From NCBI GenBank assembly GCA_002269645.1, contig NIVC01001830.1, positions 62,001-126,000 on the forward strand: a stretch of DNA of 64,000 bases. The letters run 5' to 3'. Of the stretch, positions 1 through 11,385 are shown piece after piece. The translations under genes and the position numbers were made by a program. Within the stretch, counting starts at the first letter, position 1. Every line of letters begins with the position of its first letter. Source of the DNA: Macrostomum lignano (lineage: Eukaryota). Under the pieces are notes generated by a model that was not told the origin of the DNA, searched no databases, and worked only from the letters and a program-made list of their open reading frames with translations.

Positions 1-240
1 TCACACCTCACAGCTAGGGACTCTCACACCTCACAGCTAGGGACTCTCACACCTCACAGCTAGGGACTCTCACACCTCACAGCTAGCTAGACTCTCACAC
101 CTCACAGCTAGCTAGACTCTCACACCTCACAGCTGGGACTCTCACACCTCTTAGCTAGCTAGACTCTCACACCTCTTAGCTAGCTAGACTCTCACACCTC
201 ACAGCTAGGGACTCTCACACCTCACAGCTACGGACTCTCA
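1..240. repeat. 23-bp minisatellite (TCACACCTCACAGCTAGGGACTC)n in the ZIP intron
   Basis: About 10 tandem copies, starting just past the GTGAG donor at 254. Confidence 0.95.
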
Positions 241-254
241 CGCCTCGGACTCAC

Positions 255-3200
255 CCAGCTCGTGCGGCAGCTCGTGGCACAGCACCGCCAGGCTGGTGGA
301 CAGCCCGCCAGCCAGGCTCTGCGCGAAGGCGGCTCCAATCGCCATGCCGTCAGCGAAATTGTGCAGCCCATCGCCAAGGACCACCATCCAGGCCATTGAG
401 GCTAGTTGTCCTTGACCCCCGTGGCTGTGACCATGTTTGCGATTATCGTCTGCAACGCTGTTGCGAACATCAATCTGGACTTCGTCTGCGGCTGAGTTAG
501 CGACGTCGGCGGCGGAGGAGTCTCGGTGGTTGTTGAATTCGACCTCTTCGAGTTCGCAGAGTTCGACAAGATTTCGAAAATTGTCGATACTTCTCAGGGC
601 TGCGGATTAAAGATTCAGTGGTATCTCTTCTAAGTAAATTGCTAGCAATTAGATAGATTCTTTGGCACCTGGGTATCTGGATATATCTTTAGGTACCTGG
701 GTACATTTTTAGGTACATGGGTACATTTTTAGGTACTTGGGTACATTTTTAGATACCTGGGTACATTTTTAGGTACTTGGGTACATTTTTAGGTACCTGG
801 GTACATTTTTAGGTACTTGGGTACATTTTTAGGTACCTGGGTACATTTTTAGGTACTTGGGTACATATTTAGGTACTTGGGTACATTTTTAGATACCTGG
901 GTACATTTTTAGGTACATGGGTACATTTTTAGGTACTTGGGTACATTTTTAGGTACTTGGGTACGTTTTTAGGTACCTGGGTACATTTTTAGGTACTTGG
1001 GTACATTTTTAGGTACCTATACAATTATGTTTGTCCGGGTACAATCTTAGGTACCTGGGTACAATCTTAGGTACTTAGGTACAATTTGGGTACCTAGATG
1101 CAGTTTCAGGTACTTGGGGTACAAGCGTGGGTAAATATGAGTAGAATTTCGAGTAAATTTCGGGTATATTATAAGCTACCTAGTGTGGCAGGCGCGCTGT
1201 CGCGTACTTCAGTTCACACCAGTACTGTATGTACATTGTAGATATAATTATTAAGTAATGAAAATCTAATGATCCCCACAGCAGGAAAACCCCATGCTTA
1301 AAATTATTCCAGCGCTAAAGCATGCGAGCGAGTTGTGCCTTCGCCAGGCTAATCAAGAAGGCTCGCCCTCGGCCCCAGGGAATCCGCTTCGAAAATTCGT
1401 TTCTCATCCCGCCACAAGGAACTTCTTTCCTCTACTCCCGCCTAATTATTAGGATCCGCCGGGGGAAGCGAGCGCGAGATATTTGCGCGAGAAAATTATG
1501 ATGAAACAGCTTTGAAACCCTGAAAGCGTCAGTGGCATTTTCTGCTTTCACTCTCTGATTAGATACTTTAATTATATGGCCGAGTTGCACGCGGGCTACA
1601 AGTGAGACTCTCAGCTCACCCTTGCTGCCGAGCCCAGTGGTGATCAGCTCGTCGCAGGATTTTTCGCCGTACATTCGAGAAACTCGACGCCTCTGACGGT
1701 CTAAAACAGCCAAGCCGTCGGTTGGAGCGCTGTCTGGTTCAGCTTGCAGCTGCTCCTAGATTGGGCAGGATCAGGGAGTGAGGTGGGCGGCGGTGTACAT
1801 TGATTCAGATTGGTTAGTGAGGTGGGCGGCGGTGTACATTGATTCAGATTGGTTAGTGAGGTGGGCGGCGGTGTACATTGATTCAGATTGGTTAGTGAGG
1901 TGGGCGGCGGTGTACATTGATTCAGATTGGTTAGTGAGGTGGGCGGCGGTGTACATTGATTCAGATTGGTTAGTGAGGTGGGCGGCGGTGTACATTGATT
2001 CAGATTGGTTAGTGAGGTGGGCGGCGGTGTACATTGATTCAGATTGGTTAGTGAGGTGGGCGGCGGTGTACATTGATTCAGATTGGTTAGTGAGGTGGAC
2101 GGCGGTGTACATTGATTCAGATTGGTTAGTGAGGTGGGCGGCGGTGTACATTGATTCAGATTGGTTAGTGAGGTGGGCGGCGGTGTACATTGATTCAGAT
2201 TGGTTAGTGAGGTGGGCGGCGGTGTACATTGATTCAGATTGGTTAGTGAGGTGGGCGGCGGTGTACATTTATTCAGATTCGGGAGTGAAGTGGGCAACGG
2301 TGTACATGGATTCAGATTAGGGAGTGAGATGGGCGGCGGTGTACATTTATTCAGATTCGGGAGTGATGTGAGCGGTGATGTACATTGATTCAGATTAGGG
2401 AGTGGGGTAAACTGTGTACACTGACTCATATTGGGGAGTGGGATAATTGGTTGTGTACATTGATTCAGATGGGGGAGTGAGTTGGGCAGCGGTGTACATT
2501 GATTCAGATTCGGGAGTGAGGTGGGCAGCGGTGTACATTGATTCAGATTCGGGAGTGAGGTGGGCAGCGGTGTACATGGATTCAGATTCGGGAGTGAGGT
2601 GGGCAGCGGTGTACATTGATTCAGATTGGGGAGTGATGCGAGCGGTGATGTACATTGATTCAGATTAAGGAGTGGGGTAAACTGTGTACACTGACTCATA
2701 TTGGGGAGTGGGATAATTGGTAGTGTACATTGATTCAGATGGGGGAGTGAGGTGGGCAGCGGTGTACATTGATTCAGATTCGGGAGTGAGGTGGGCAGCG
2801 GTGTACATGGATTCAGATTTGGGAGTGAGGTGGGCAGCGGTGTACATTGATTCAGATTCGGGAGTGAGGTGGGCAGCGGTGTACATGGATTCAGATTCGG
2901 GAGTGAGGTGGGCAGCGGTGTACATTGATTCAGATTGGGCGACGTTTTGCTTGATGAGAGTTATTTATGGTCACGTGATTATGATTCTAAGCGCCCCTCT
3001 AAAAAAAGAAGAAAAGCACCAAAGCTACGACGGGATGATAAATTTTCGTGCTCGTCTAGATAATCAACGAAGAGGCGATTTAAAGTTGAACGAATGCTTT
3101 GCCAACGTGACAAAATTGAAATTTTCAGGGCGCTAAGGAAAAATGTGATGAGTTTTTCTCCAAGGTGGAAATCCGGTTTGCACGCAACGTCCGTCTACAG

Positions 3201-5109
3201 ATATATTCCATCCGGCCCTGGGAGAGGTCGTGCTTCAGATTTATGACTGGGGAGGATAAAAGGGCAGGCGAGTGCGGTCTAAAGGAAGGGAAGCAGCAGC
3301 TCTCACACCCCGGGACCATCGTCAAACTAGATGGGATATTGTAAAAACACAGGATTTGTGCAGGGCGAGGCTTGAAAGGGAGCTCGAATCGAGCAGATTA
3401 ATACTCCTATATGCCAATTCTGCAGTACGCAGTGCACGATGAAAGTACAGCAAAAATGACAAGCTGGTCAGGGACGAATTCGTCAATGCTAAATTGCTAA
3501 AGCAACACATCTCACCCGCAGAGCCTGCTTCTCGGACCGGTACTCCGTGACCAGAATCACTAACTTCTCGGCGATGAAGAAGCAATAGACACCCGCTAGG
3601 GCAGCCAGGCCCTTCAACACCGTCTGTCGCTCGTTGTGCCACCGCCTCGAGTGGGCACTCTCCACTGCTGACTTCACTATAGCCTGGGTGGGGAGGAAAT
3701 TCCAGCAAACGAAATGAGTGCCTGCGGCGCCAAAATGATCGTTGACAACACCGATTCTCCAAATGATGTACATGTAGAAATTTAGACATGTACATGTAAA
3801 ATTCATTGCTTTGTTTCCCCCCCCCCATAATATCTATGGCGCCGCCCCCTACCCTCCTCTCTCCCTTTCATGCCCAAGCACACCCACCTCCCTCCCTTTG
3901 CTGCCCCAGCACACACACCTCCCTCCCTTTCCTGCCCCAGCACACACACCTCCCTCCCTTTGCTGCCCCAGCACACCCACCTCCCTCCCTTTCCTGCCCC
4001 AGCACACACACCTCCCTCCCTTTGCTGCCCCAGCACACCCACCTCCCTCCCTTTCCTGCCCCAGCACACCCACCTCCCCTTCCTTTCCTGCCCCAGCACA
4101 CCCACCTCCCTCCCTTTCATGCCCAAGCACACCCACCTCCCTCGATTTCCTGCGCCAGCACTCCCACCTCCCCCTCCCTTTCATGCCCAAGCACACCCAC
4201 CTCCCCCTCCCTTTCCTGCCCCAGCACACACACCTCCCTCCATTTCCTGCCTCAACACACCTTCCCCCCTTTCCCGCCCGAAACACACGGCCCAAAAGCT
4301 CACATGAGGCAGGAGATGCAGCATGGCATCACCAGTCAGGGATCCGACTGCCAGCGCCACAAGGAACTGCAGAAAGTGATTGTAGTAGGCAGACTGGGCC
4401 AGCGGCACGAGGGACACTGCGGCCAGACCAATGAGGCTGATCGCTAGCACGGCGATGAAGGTTGCAAACCAGACTAAAAGTGCAAATAGCCTATCTAAGT
4501 TACGTTGATATTAAGGCCTCTTAAAATTAACAGTAAGAACTACCAAAGATAAAGAGGGATTCGTCTTTGCGATTTTTGACGCAGAAGTATCGAGCATTAA
4601 ATAAGTATATTATTTGCGGCTAAGGCTAAGGATAAGGCTAAGGTTAAGGCTAAGGATAAGGCTAAGGTGAAGGCTAAGGATAAGGCTAAGGATAAGGCTA
4701 AGGATAAGGCTAAGGTTAAGGCTAAGGTTAAGGCTAAGGATAAGGCTACGGATAAGGCTAAGAATAAGGCTAAGGATAAGGCTAAGGTTAAGGCTAAGGA
4801 TAAGGCTAAGGTTAAGGCTAAGGATAAGGCTACGGATAAGGCTAAGGATGGATAAGGCTAACGAAGACAAGGAGGAAGTGGCGAACGCAGGAAGTATAAT
4901 TGGAGGGGGCCGCAACCCTAAGGGAGGCCGATATTTGATGTCTAATTGCTTGGCACTGAAATCTCCAGGTTGTAACGGTGCTAAAGTCAATAAAACCCTT
5001 CTTTATTATTCTATGCGGCTTTTTGGCTTTTTTCACCTTTCGGCTCTGGTGGTCCAGTTGACGCCATTGATGCAGTGCCGTTGGTTCGATTGACCGAGTC
5101 AGCACCAGC
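255..5109 (-). CDS. SLC39A: LIV-1 subfamily ZIP zinc transporter, partial (5' exons not found, 3' end beyond window)
   Basis: Exons with AG/GT ends: 5037-5109 ([12 protein letters not shown]..., tentative), 4304-4473 ([17 protein letters not shown]), 3516-3683 ([20 protein letters not shown]), 1620-1700 (tentative), 255-599 (HGHSHG...[17 protein letters not shown]...[13 protein letters not shown]). The GDGLHNF and CHELPHELG motifs are diagnostic of LIV-1 ZIPs. Confidence 0.93.
690..1120. repeat. 20-bp minisatellite (GGTACATTTTTAGGTACTTG)n
   Basis: Tandem copies decaying toward 1120; intronic. Confidence 0.95.
1776..2935. repeat. 39-bp minisatellite (GGCGGCGGTGTACATTGATTCAGATTGGTTAGTGAGGTG)n
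   Basis: Homogeneous array to about 2260, then variant units with a 270-bp higher-order duplication. Explains the ORFs at 1701-3136. Confidence 0.95.
3850..4260. repeat. 31-bp C-rich minisatellite (GCACACCCACCTCCCTCCCTTTCCTGCCCCA)n
   Basis: Tandem copies in the ZIP intron between exons at 3683 and 4304. Confidence 0.92.
4617..4860. repeat. Hexamer repeat (TAAGGC/TAAGGA/TAAGGT)n
   Basis: Alternating hexamer variants; translates as AKDKAK. Confidence 0.95.
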
Positions 5110-5689
5110 CTGTTGGCCAATCAGTAGAAGCAATAACAGAATTAACATTTTCTATAAACTATGAACTTCCTATAGACAGAGGCAAGCGAATATTGAACTG
5201 TTAGGAAATTCAGAAATTTCTGCCTATAAATCCCTTAGCAGGGAAGCTCATGCAAGGCGCGGGGACCAATCGCCATATTGCATGGGAGCACGCCAAGAAT
5301 CCAGAGAGAAACTGCAAAGCCGGAGACAGACAGAGAGAGTTGGAGATGGGAGAGGACAGGGTAAATATTGGATTGGCGCAGGTATGCTTAGGTACGAGGC
5401 CTAGGCGAAACAGACTCGCGAAGAAAATGCCGCTTGAGACTCCCATGCCCGCATGGATTAAGCTGAGTAGCCTTTCATCTGCAGCTCGTTGAGTTGCTGC
5501 GCACGGCTCCCTCTCTGCCTCTCTCTGCTGTAATCGTTGCAAATGTACGGGCAACTTATGGTTCGCCTGCCCTTTGAGCAAAATGGAAATTATTCTCAAA
5601 AGCTTCAGGGACACAGCCAAACCCCCTTCTATACTCAGGCAAAAGCCTTGAGTACGCATGGGAACGAGAGGAGGGAATTAGAATTCACC

Positions 5690-6688
5690 TGTGTTCAACC
5701 GACTCATTTTGTGTTTAACCGAATCAGTTTGTGTTTAACAAATTAATTTTGTGTTTAACCGAATCAGTTTGTGTTTAACCGAATCAGTTTGTGTCTAACC
5801 GAATCATTTTGTGTTTAACCGAATCAGTTTGTGTTTAACAAATTAATTTTGTGTTTAACCGAATCAGTTTGTGTTTAACCGAATCAGTTTGTGTCTAACC
5901 GAATCATTTTGTGTTTAACCGATTCATTTTGTGTTTAACCTATTAATTTTGTGTTTAACCGATTCATTTCGAGTTTAACCGATTCATTTTGTGTTCAACC
6001 GATTCATTTTGTGTTTAACAAATTAATTTTGTGTTTAACCGAATCAGTTTGTGTTCAACCGATTCATTTTGTGTTTAACAAATTAATTTTGTGTTTAACC
6101 GAATCAGTTTGTGTTTAACCGAATCAGTTTGTGTTTAACAAATTAATTTTGTGTCTAACCGAATCAGTTTGTTTTCAACCGATTCATTTCGTGTTTAACC
6201 GATTCATTTTGTGTTTAACCTATTCATTTCGTGTTTAACCGATTCATTTTGTGTTCAACCGATTCATTTTGTGTTCAACCGATTCATTTTGTGTTTAACC
6301 GATTCATTTTGAGTTTAACCGATTCATTTTGTGTTTAACCGATTCATTTTGAGTTTAACTGATTCGTTTTGTGTTTGGCAGATTCATTTTGAGTTTAACC
6401 GATTCATTTTGTGTTTAACCGATTCATTTTGAGTTTAACCGATTCATTTTGTGTTCAACCGATTTATTTTGTGTTTAACCGATTCATTTTGAGTTTAACC
6501 GATTCATTTTTGAGTTTAACTGATTCGTTTTGTGTTTGGCAGATTCATTTTGTGTTTAACCGATTCATTTCGTGTTTAACCGATTCATTTTGTGTTTAAC
6601 CGATTCATTTTGTGTTTACCTGATTCATTTTGTGTTTAACCGATTCATTTTGTGTTTACCTGATTCATTTTGTGTTTAACCGATTAAT
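5690..6688. repeat. 20-bp minisatellite (GTGTTTAACCGATTCATTTT)n
   Basis: About 50 tandem copies with variant blocks. Confidence 0.95.
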
Positions 6689-6693
6689 TTTAG

Positions 6694-6952
6694 GCTACAG
6701 CGTCAAGGAGCAGACAGGACCCGTGTCTCACTTTACTACAGAGATGGCTGTCATAAGAAGCTGCTTTCCTTTTCAAGCCATTAGCAGGAAGAGTGCACTC
6801 ATCACTCTACATGCGAAGCCAAGAATTATTGAGAAAAAGCTCTTAGATCTGCAAAAGGACTCACTCTTACTCTTACATGTAAAAGTGCAACCCACTATCG
6901 TCACGGCCGACAGTGAATCCAGTATGATTCTAGGCAGCAGTACGTGTACTTG
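6694..6952 (+). CDS. Possible isolated coding exon of unknown gene
   Basis: TTTTAG acceptor at 6693, open frame (GYSVKEQTG...SSTCT), GTAAGT donor at 6953; no recognised motif and no partner exon found. Confidence 0.25.
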
Positions 6953-6999
6953 GTAAGTCAGTAGCCATTTAGCATGATTTTCTGACCAATCATCTCGTA

Positions 7000-7182
7000 T
7001 ATGCCTGACCAATCATGTAGAATGCCTGACCAATCATGTAAAACGCCTGACCAATTATGTAAAATGCCTGACCAATCATGTAAAACGCCTGACCAATTAT
7101 GTAAAATGCCTGACCAATCATGTAAAATGCCTGACCAATCATGTAAAATGCCTGACCAATCATGTAAAATGCCTGACCAATC
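7000..7182. repeat. 21-bp minisatellite (AAAATGCCTGACCAATCATGT)n
   Basis: About 8 tandem copies. Confidence 0.93.
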
Positions 7183-7834
7183 TTGCATTGGAAATAAAAG
7201 AATGCCGAGGAGAAGCAGAAAATGGCAAATATTTTTATTTTGTTGAACGGATAGATAGGAGATTGCAGAAGTACACTGCATAAATGGCCATGTACGGCAC
7301 ATACCGCTACTCACTAAGTAGTAAATATATATTATATAAATATGAAATATTTCAGCTGTGAGCAGCCAAACTCAAACAAAAACGGCCGACAGCCTCACAC
7401 CTTGGCCCAGCAGGCGGCTGATTTGCAATTTAATTAAAAGTGCAAATCAAAAAATCGGCCAGTCGGTAGAATTGCCACGCTAATGGAATTTTTGTACACG
7501 ACGGCGTCATCAAAGTCATCGCCTGGCTGAGCGGCTGGTGCGGCTTACCGGAACGTCAGTTGGAATTTGCAGAAAGTACGGTACTAACCAACACAAGTTT
7601 TTTTGGCACTAATAAGAGATTTAAGCCGATTTGATGTATTGTAAGTAGCGTACTTTATGGCGACTAGAGAGCGAATATGAAGTGTGTAAGCTTACTTCAG
7701 ATATGAGGGGTTGGCCAAATGTAGAGATACCTTTGTCTAATAGATATTTGATGCATGCCTGAGCTTCAACAAGTTTCAAGTCATTCCAAGGCTGTTCAGT
7801 CCAAGGACTGGGGGGGGGGGGGTAGCTACACACA

Positions 7835-7990
7835 CAGCCTCAATTACCCCAGCTACTGCTGGCACCCATTTTACAGCTGGGTGAACTGAAGCAATGCAGA
7901 GTTAGGTGGTCTTGCTCAAGGACACAAATTGTTCCGAGTAGGGACGGGAATCGAACCCCCGACCTTTCAATGAAATTTGGCAGGGATGCC
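7835..7990 (-). mobile_element. tRNA-derived SINE with CORE-like central domain
   Basis: Minus strand reads GGTTCGATTCCC (pol III B box), then TGTGTCCTTGAGCAAGACCACCTAACTC...CAGTTCACCCAGCTGTAAAATGGG, which resembles the MIR/CORE consensus. Confidence 0.7.
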
Positions 7991-8363
7991 AGCTGAGATG
8001 CTGATGAACCAAGCGATTTGTTTTGTCTATGGTTGAAATTCATAAAAAAACGTTTTTCAAAGTGCCAGCCTGCATGGTTAACGAAGGGCAGCGAATACTA
8101 TATTTAATTTGTGGAGAATCGGAGTATAATTTACTGATTTTTTGTTCACTAATATCTCAGTGCTGCTAGGGATCCTCTTTGATACTCTTTGTAACTCTTT
8201 GTATCAACCTCTTCGTGGCAGAAAAGTTTTCACTCAAATGAGAGATGAAATTCTCCACTTTCCAATGACTCAAAAAACTTGTTGAATTTTAGGCGCGCAT
8301 TAAAAAATCTACATAGGCAACTAAGTATGGGTACTTTTTGGACGATCTTGAACCCTGCAGATT

Positions 8364-8831
8364 CTACAGGTCAACCCGGACAGACTCCGCCGCCTCATCT
8401 ACGATCGGCTTTGGAGCCTCGTCTGGCACTCCGTAGGACCGCTCGGCGCCCTCGTCGCCCTGCTGCTGGGCGTCGGCCTCTTTGCGGAAGCCGCGAGCGG
8501 CCAGCATTGAATTGATGTCCGAACGGCTCATCTCGGACACGTCAATCCTCTGCAGCACCCGCCTGGCCGAGTTCAGATAGCACAGCATCGGCGGCGCTCC
8601 GGGCTCCCGCTTAAAGTACACGTCGCGCAGCTCAGGCACGTCGGTGTACACGAAAGCCCGCACCTCCGGCAGGCTGTTCAATCGTCATCCGCCGCAGGAC
8701 TCGATGACAGCCAGGCGAATCACCCGGTCAGTCTCGTCTGGCGAGGCGTCATCAAGCGGGCCATCGTAGAGCTCCTTGGCAGCAGACAGGCTGGCCAAGA
8801 GGACAATCAGCAGCGGGTGCAGCAGCTGCAT
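8364..8831 (-). CDS. SELENOM: Selenoprotein M (thioredoxin-like CGGU motif), single-exon CDS, 155 aa
   Basis: ATG at 8831 opens a signal peptide (MQLLHPLLIVLLASLSAA). The frame reads VIESCGG-TGA(8685-8687)-RLNSLPEVRAFV, matching SelM VETCGGUQLNRLKEVKAFV. Ends in an ER-retention-like RVDL before TAG at 8364. Confidence 0.92.
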
Positions 8832-11204
8832 TCTGCTGGTGCTGATGAGCTGGAAATTGAAGTTAAACTTATATTTCTTTTCTTATTAGATATTACTTTA
8901 AGTAGCACAATAGCCTATGGAATATCTATATGAAAAATTGGAGAAATAGACAGGATTTTTTAACAATCATTTCTATTATCTAGTGTTCCGCCGTAGCCAT
9001 AGCTATGGCTATAGGATCCTATGGCAAATATGGTAAAATAGGTGCCTATGGCAGCTACAGATATGCCTACAGTAGCTAGCACCAGGTTATCTTCTTGATT
9101 CAAAATATTTTTGTTAAGACTTTTTGTTAAAACTACAACTAGGGCTATGGAAACTATAGGAATATAGTAATATTGGGGTCCCTATGGCTATGGAATATGG
9201 AGAATTGGAATAAGCTATAGTTTTGCTTATGGCTATGGCTATGGTACATGGAGTCATGGACCCTCCTTACAAGTTACAGTGCAGTGGAACACTACTACGC
9301 TTGTATTATCAATTTGTTATTGATAAGTTTGACATAAATTTCTAAAACAATATATTATACCAATCAACAAATTTTTCTATAGCAAACTAAAGCCTTTAAA
9401 CTACACTTTTTGGCATTATATAGAATTGTATAGCCTGGTTTTTAAAAACTAAAATGCAAATTTGTTTTTAAGCAGCTAAAACTTATACTCTTTATTGAAA
9501 AAGCAAAAACTAAACTAGGCTAATCAAAATCTTTATTTATATTGAAATATTTTTTTGCAATCTACTTTTTCAAAAAAATCTAATTTGGATATAGTTTATT
9601 TTTATTTGAGAATAGGGGCCTACTATAGATTCAATTAATTTACTTTTAGCTTAAGTCATTGAAAAAAATTTGCATGATATAAATATGATAATTTTTAAAA
9701 ACAATAGAAAACAAGCCCTAATCAAGATATAATTTCAAAACAAAGAGAATTAAAAAGACACTTAGCTTTGATTTTTATCAAGATAATTCATCTCAATTTA
9801 TCAGATAGTAGGCCTAGTAAATAACTTATAAAGGTTTTTAAATAAAAATAAAAATTATCTAAATGACTAAACCAAATTATCATTATATTTATTTAATTTG
9901 AAATATAAAAAAAAATTAAATATAAAAAAAATATATTTAATTTAATTTTAAACCTTGGTATTAAAATGACGACAGAAAATTCTCTTTAATCCACTCACAC
10001 TGCAAATTCGCATATCTTAAACAAAATTGGCTACGGGTTGGGTTGACCTGAGTTTTCATGGAAATTCGGCCTGTGTCTCCTGCACAGTGCACAACATTGT
10101 CATTACAACTACAAACAAAGAATTGCCAAAATGAAAGCTTAGAAAGAGACTAAAGTATCACTGTAGAGCCCAATGCTTCAACGTCAAGGTAATAGAGCAG
10201 CAGCTTCAACTTCAACTAATCAACTTGTTGCTATAGTCATTCGGCCGATCATTAAACCGATCAAAATTAAGGACTGAATACTTTGAGTACTTCGTAAATA
10301 GTCGACTATATCGAAGTTAAAACTTGTAATGCTGCGTGGCGGCAAGCAATTTTAAAATTCACTGCCACTTTTGTTAATATAAGCATATTTTTTGAGTGCC
10401 AATAAAGCTATCTGTCTTCTTAGTCTGTACTGTAATATCGAAATAGCATCTTTGTTTAAGCGTACAATTAAAAACTCATTTAAAATTTGAAAGCTAATAT
10501 CGCTCTGGGCTGTAAACTGCTTGTGCTAACTAGCTTATGTCTTATGTAATATTATGTTTAAAAAATTTTCAAGAGAGTTTATTTGCTTTCCCCTTCTCCA
10601 TTGATATTCGAAATTATAAGCAACTTGTAAACAAAACATAAATAAAAAAATGACACCAAAAGTTTACACAGTAAATTGCAACTGAAAATGAATATAAATA
10701 ACATTGGTCAAGTTTCAGATCGTTTGTGGCTCCAAGTAGGAGCAATTTTTCATGTGTACACGTACGTATCCATGCTGAGGGGGCACTTTATCCAATACAT
10801 ACATGTAGATTTAGTATATTTAGATTAGAAGTGTATAGTACAGAAATTATAGGTTAGTTTTTAAATTCATATTTACAATCACGTATATGTAACCATGTGA
10901 CAACAGAACAAAACATTCAGTATAGCAGAAACAAAACCAAAGCCAAATGGCCTGTAATTTTTTCAATGGCTCGTTACTACATACATACACACAGATCGAG
11001 CAGCAAGTTTTATGCACACGCCAGCTCAATAATATTAAACGTGCGTCCTACAGCTCTAAATAAAGGAGTCCGCCTAACAAATATCGGCATGCATCTAACA
11101 AACCGAAGGGTGTGGAATTAAAATCAAATAATAATGATGGGTTTCGGCCTTTTTGGCCCGGCCTTGCGGGAAGCCTTCGAGCCTCAGGTCTCAGAAATAA
11201 ATCA

Positions 11205-11385
11205 ATTAGAGTCCTGGCCCCCCACTCCTGTCAGATGGTCAGCCCCATGGTAGCTTGATCTGTGGTCCTATAGATAAGAGAGGGACAGCGAGAGACAAGC
11301 AGGGAGAATTTCGAAGGTACGCTCGTAGAAATTAGCTAATTCGCAGATTACTAAACCCGCTGCCACCAGCCCGTGCGTCCTGACT
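11205..11385. repeat. Dispersed repeat, diverged copy of 37425-37575
   Basis: Shared GTCAGATGGTCAGC-CCA-GGTAGC...CCTATAG...GACAGCGA-A-ACAAGCA-GGA...AGCTAAT...GATTA...GCCACCA. Confidence 0.6.

Noticed and set aside
4617-4860. Interstitial telomere
   Set aside because: The unit is TAAGGC/A/T, not TTAGGG or TTAGGC.
5210-5659. Upstream ZIP exon with signal peptide or CPALL-like motif
   Set aside because: No frame gave a convincing motif with compatible splice sites.
7940-7990. tRNA gene
   Set aside because: B box present but no cloverleaf; it continues into a SINE body.
8001-8045. Hammerhead ribozyme core CTGATGA...GAAA
   Set aside because: Stem II is out of register by one base, and no stem I or III partner was found. 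Other CTGATGA sites (39919, 42701, 57899) also lack a valid GAAA arrangement.
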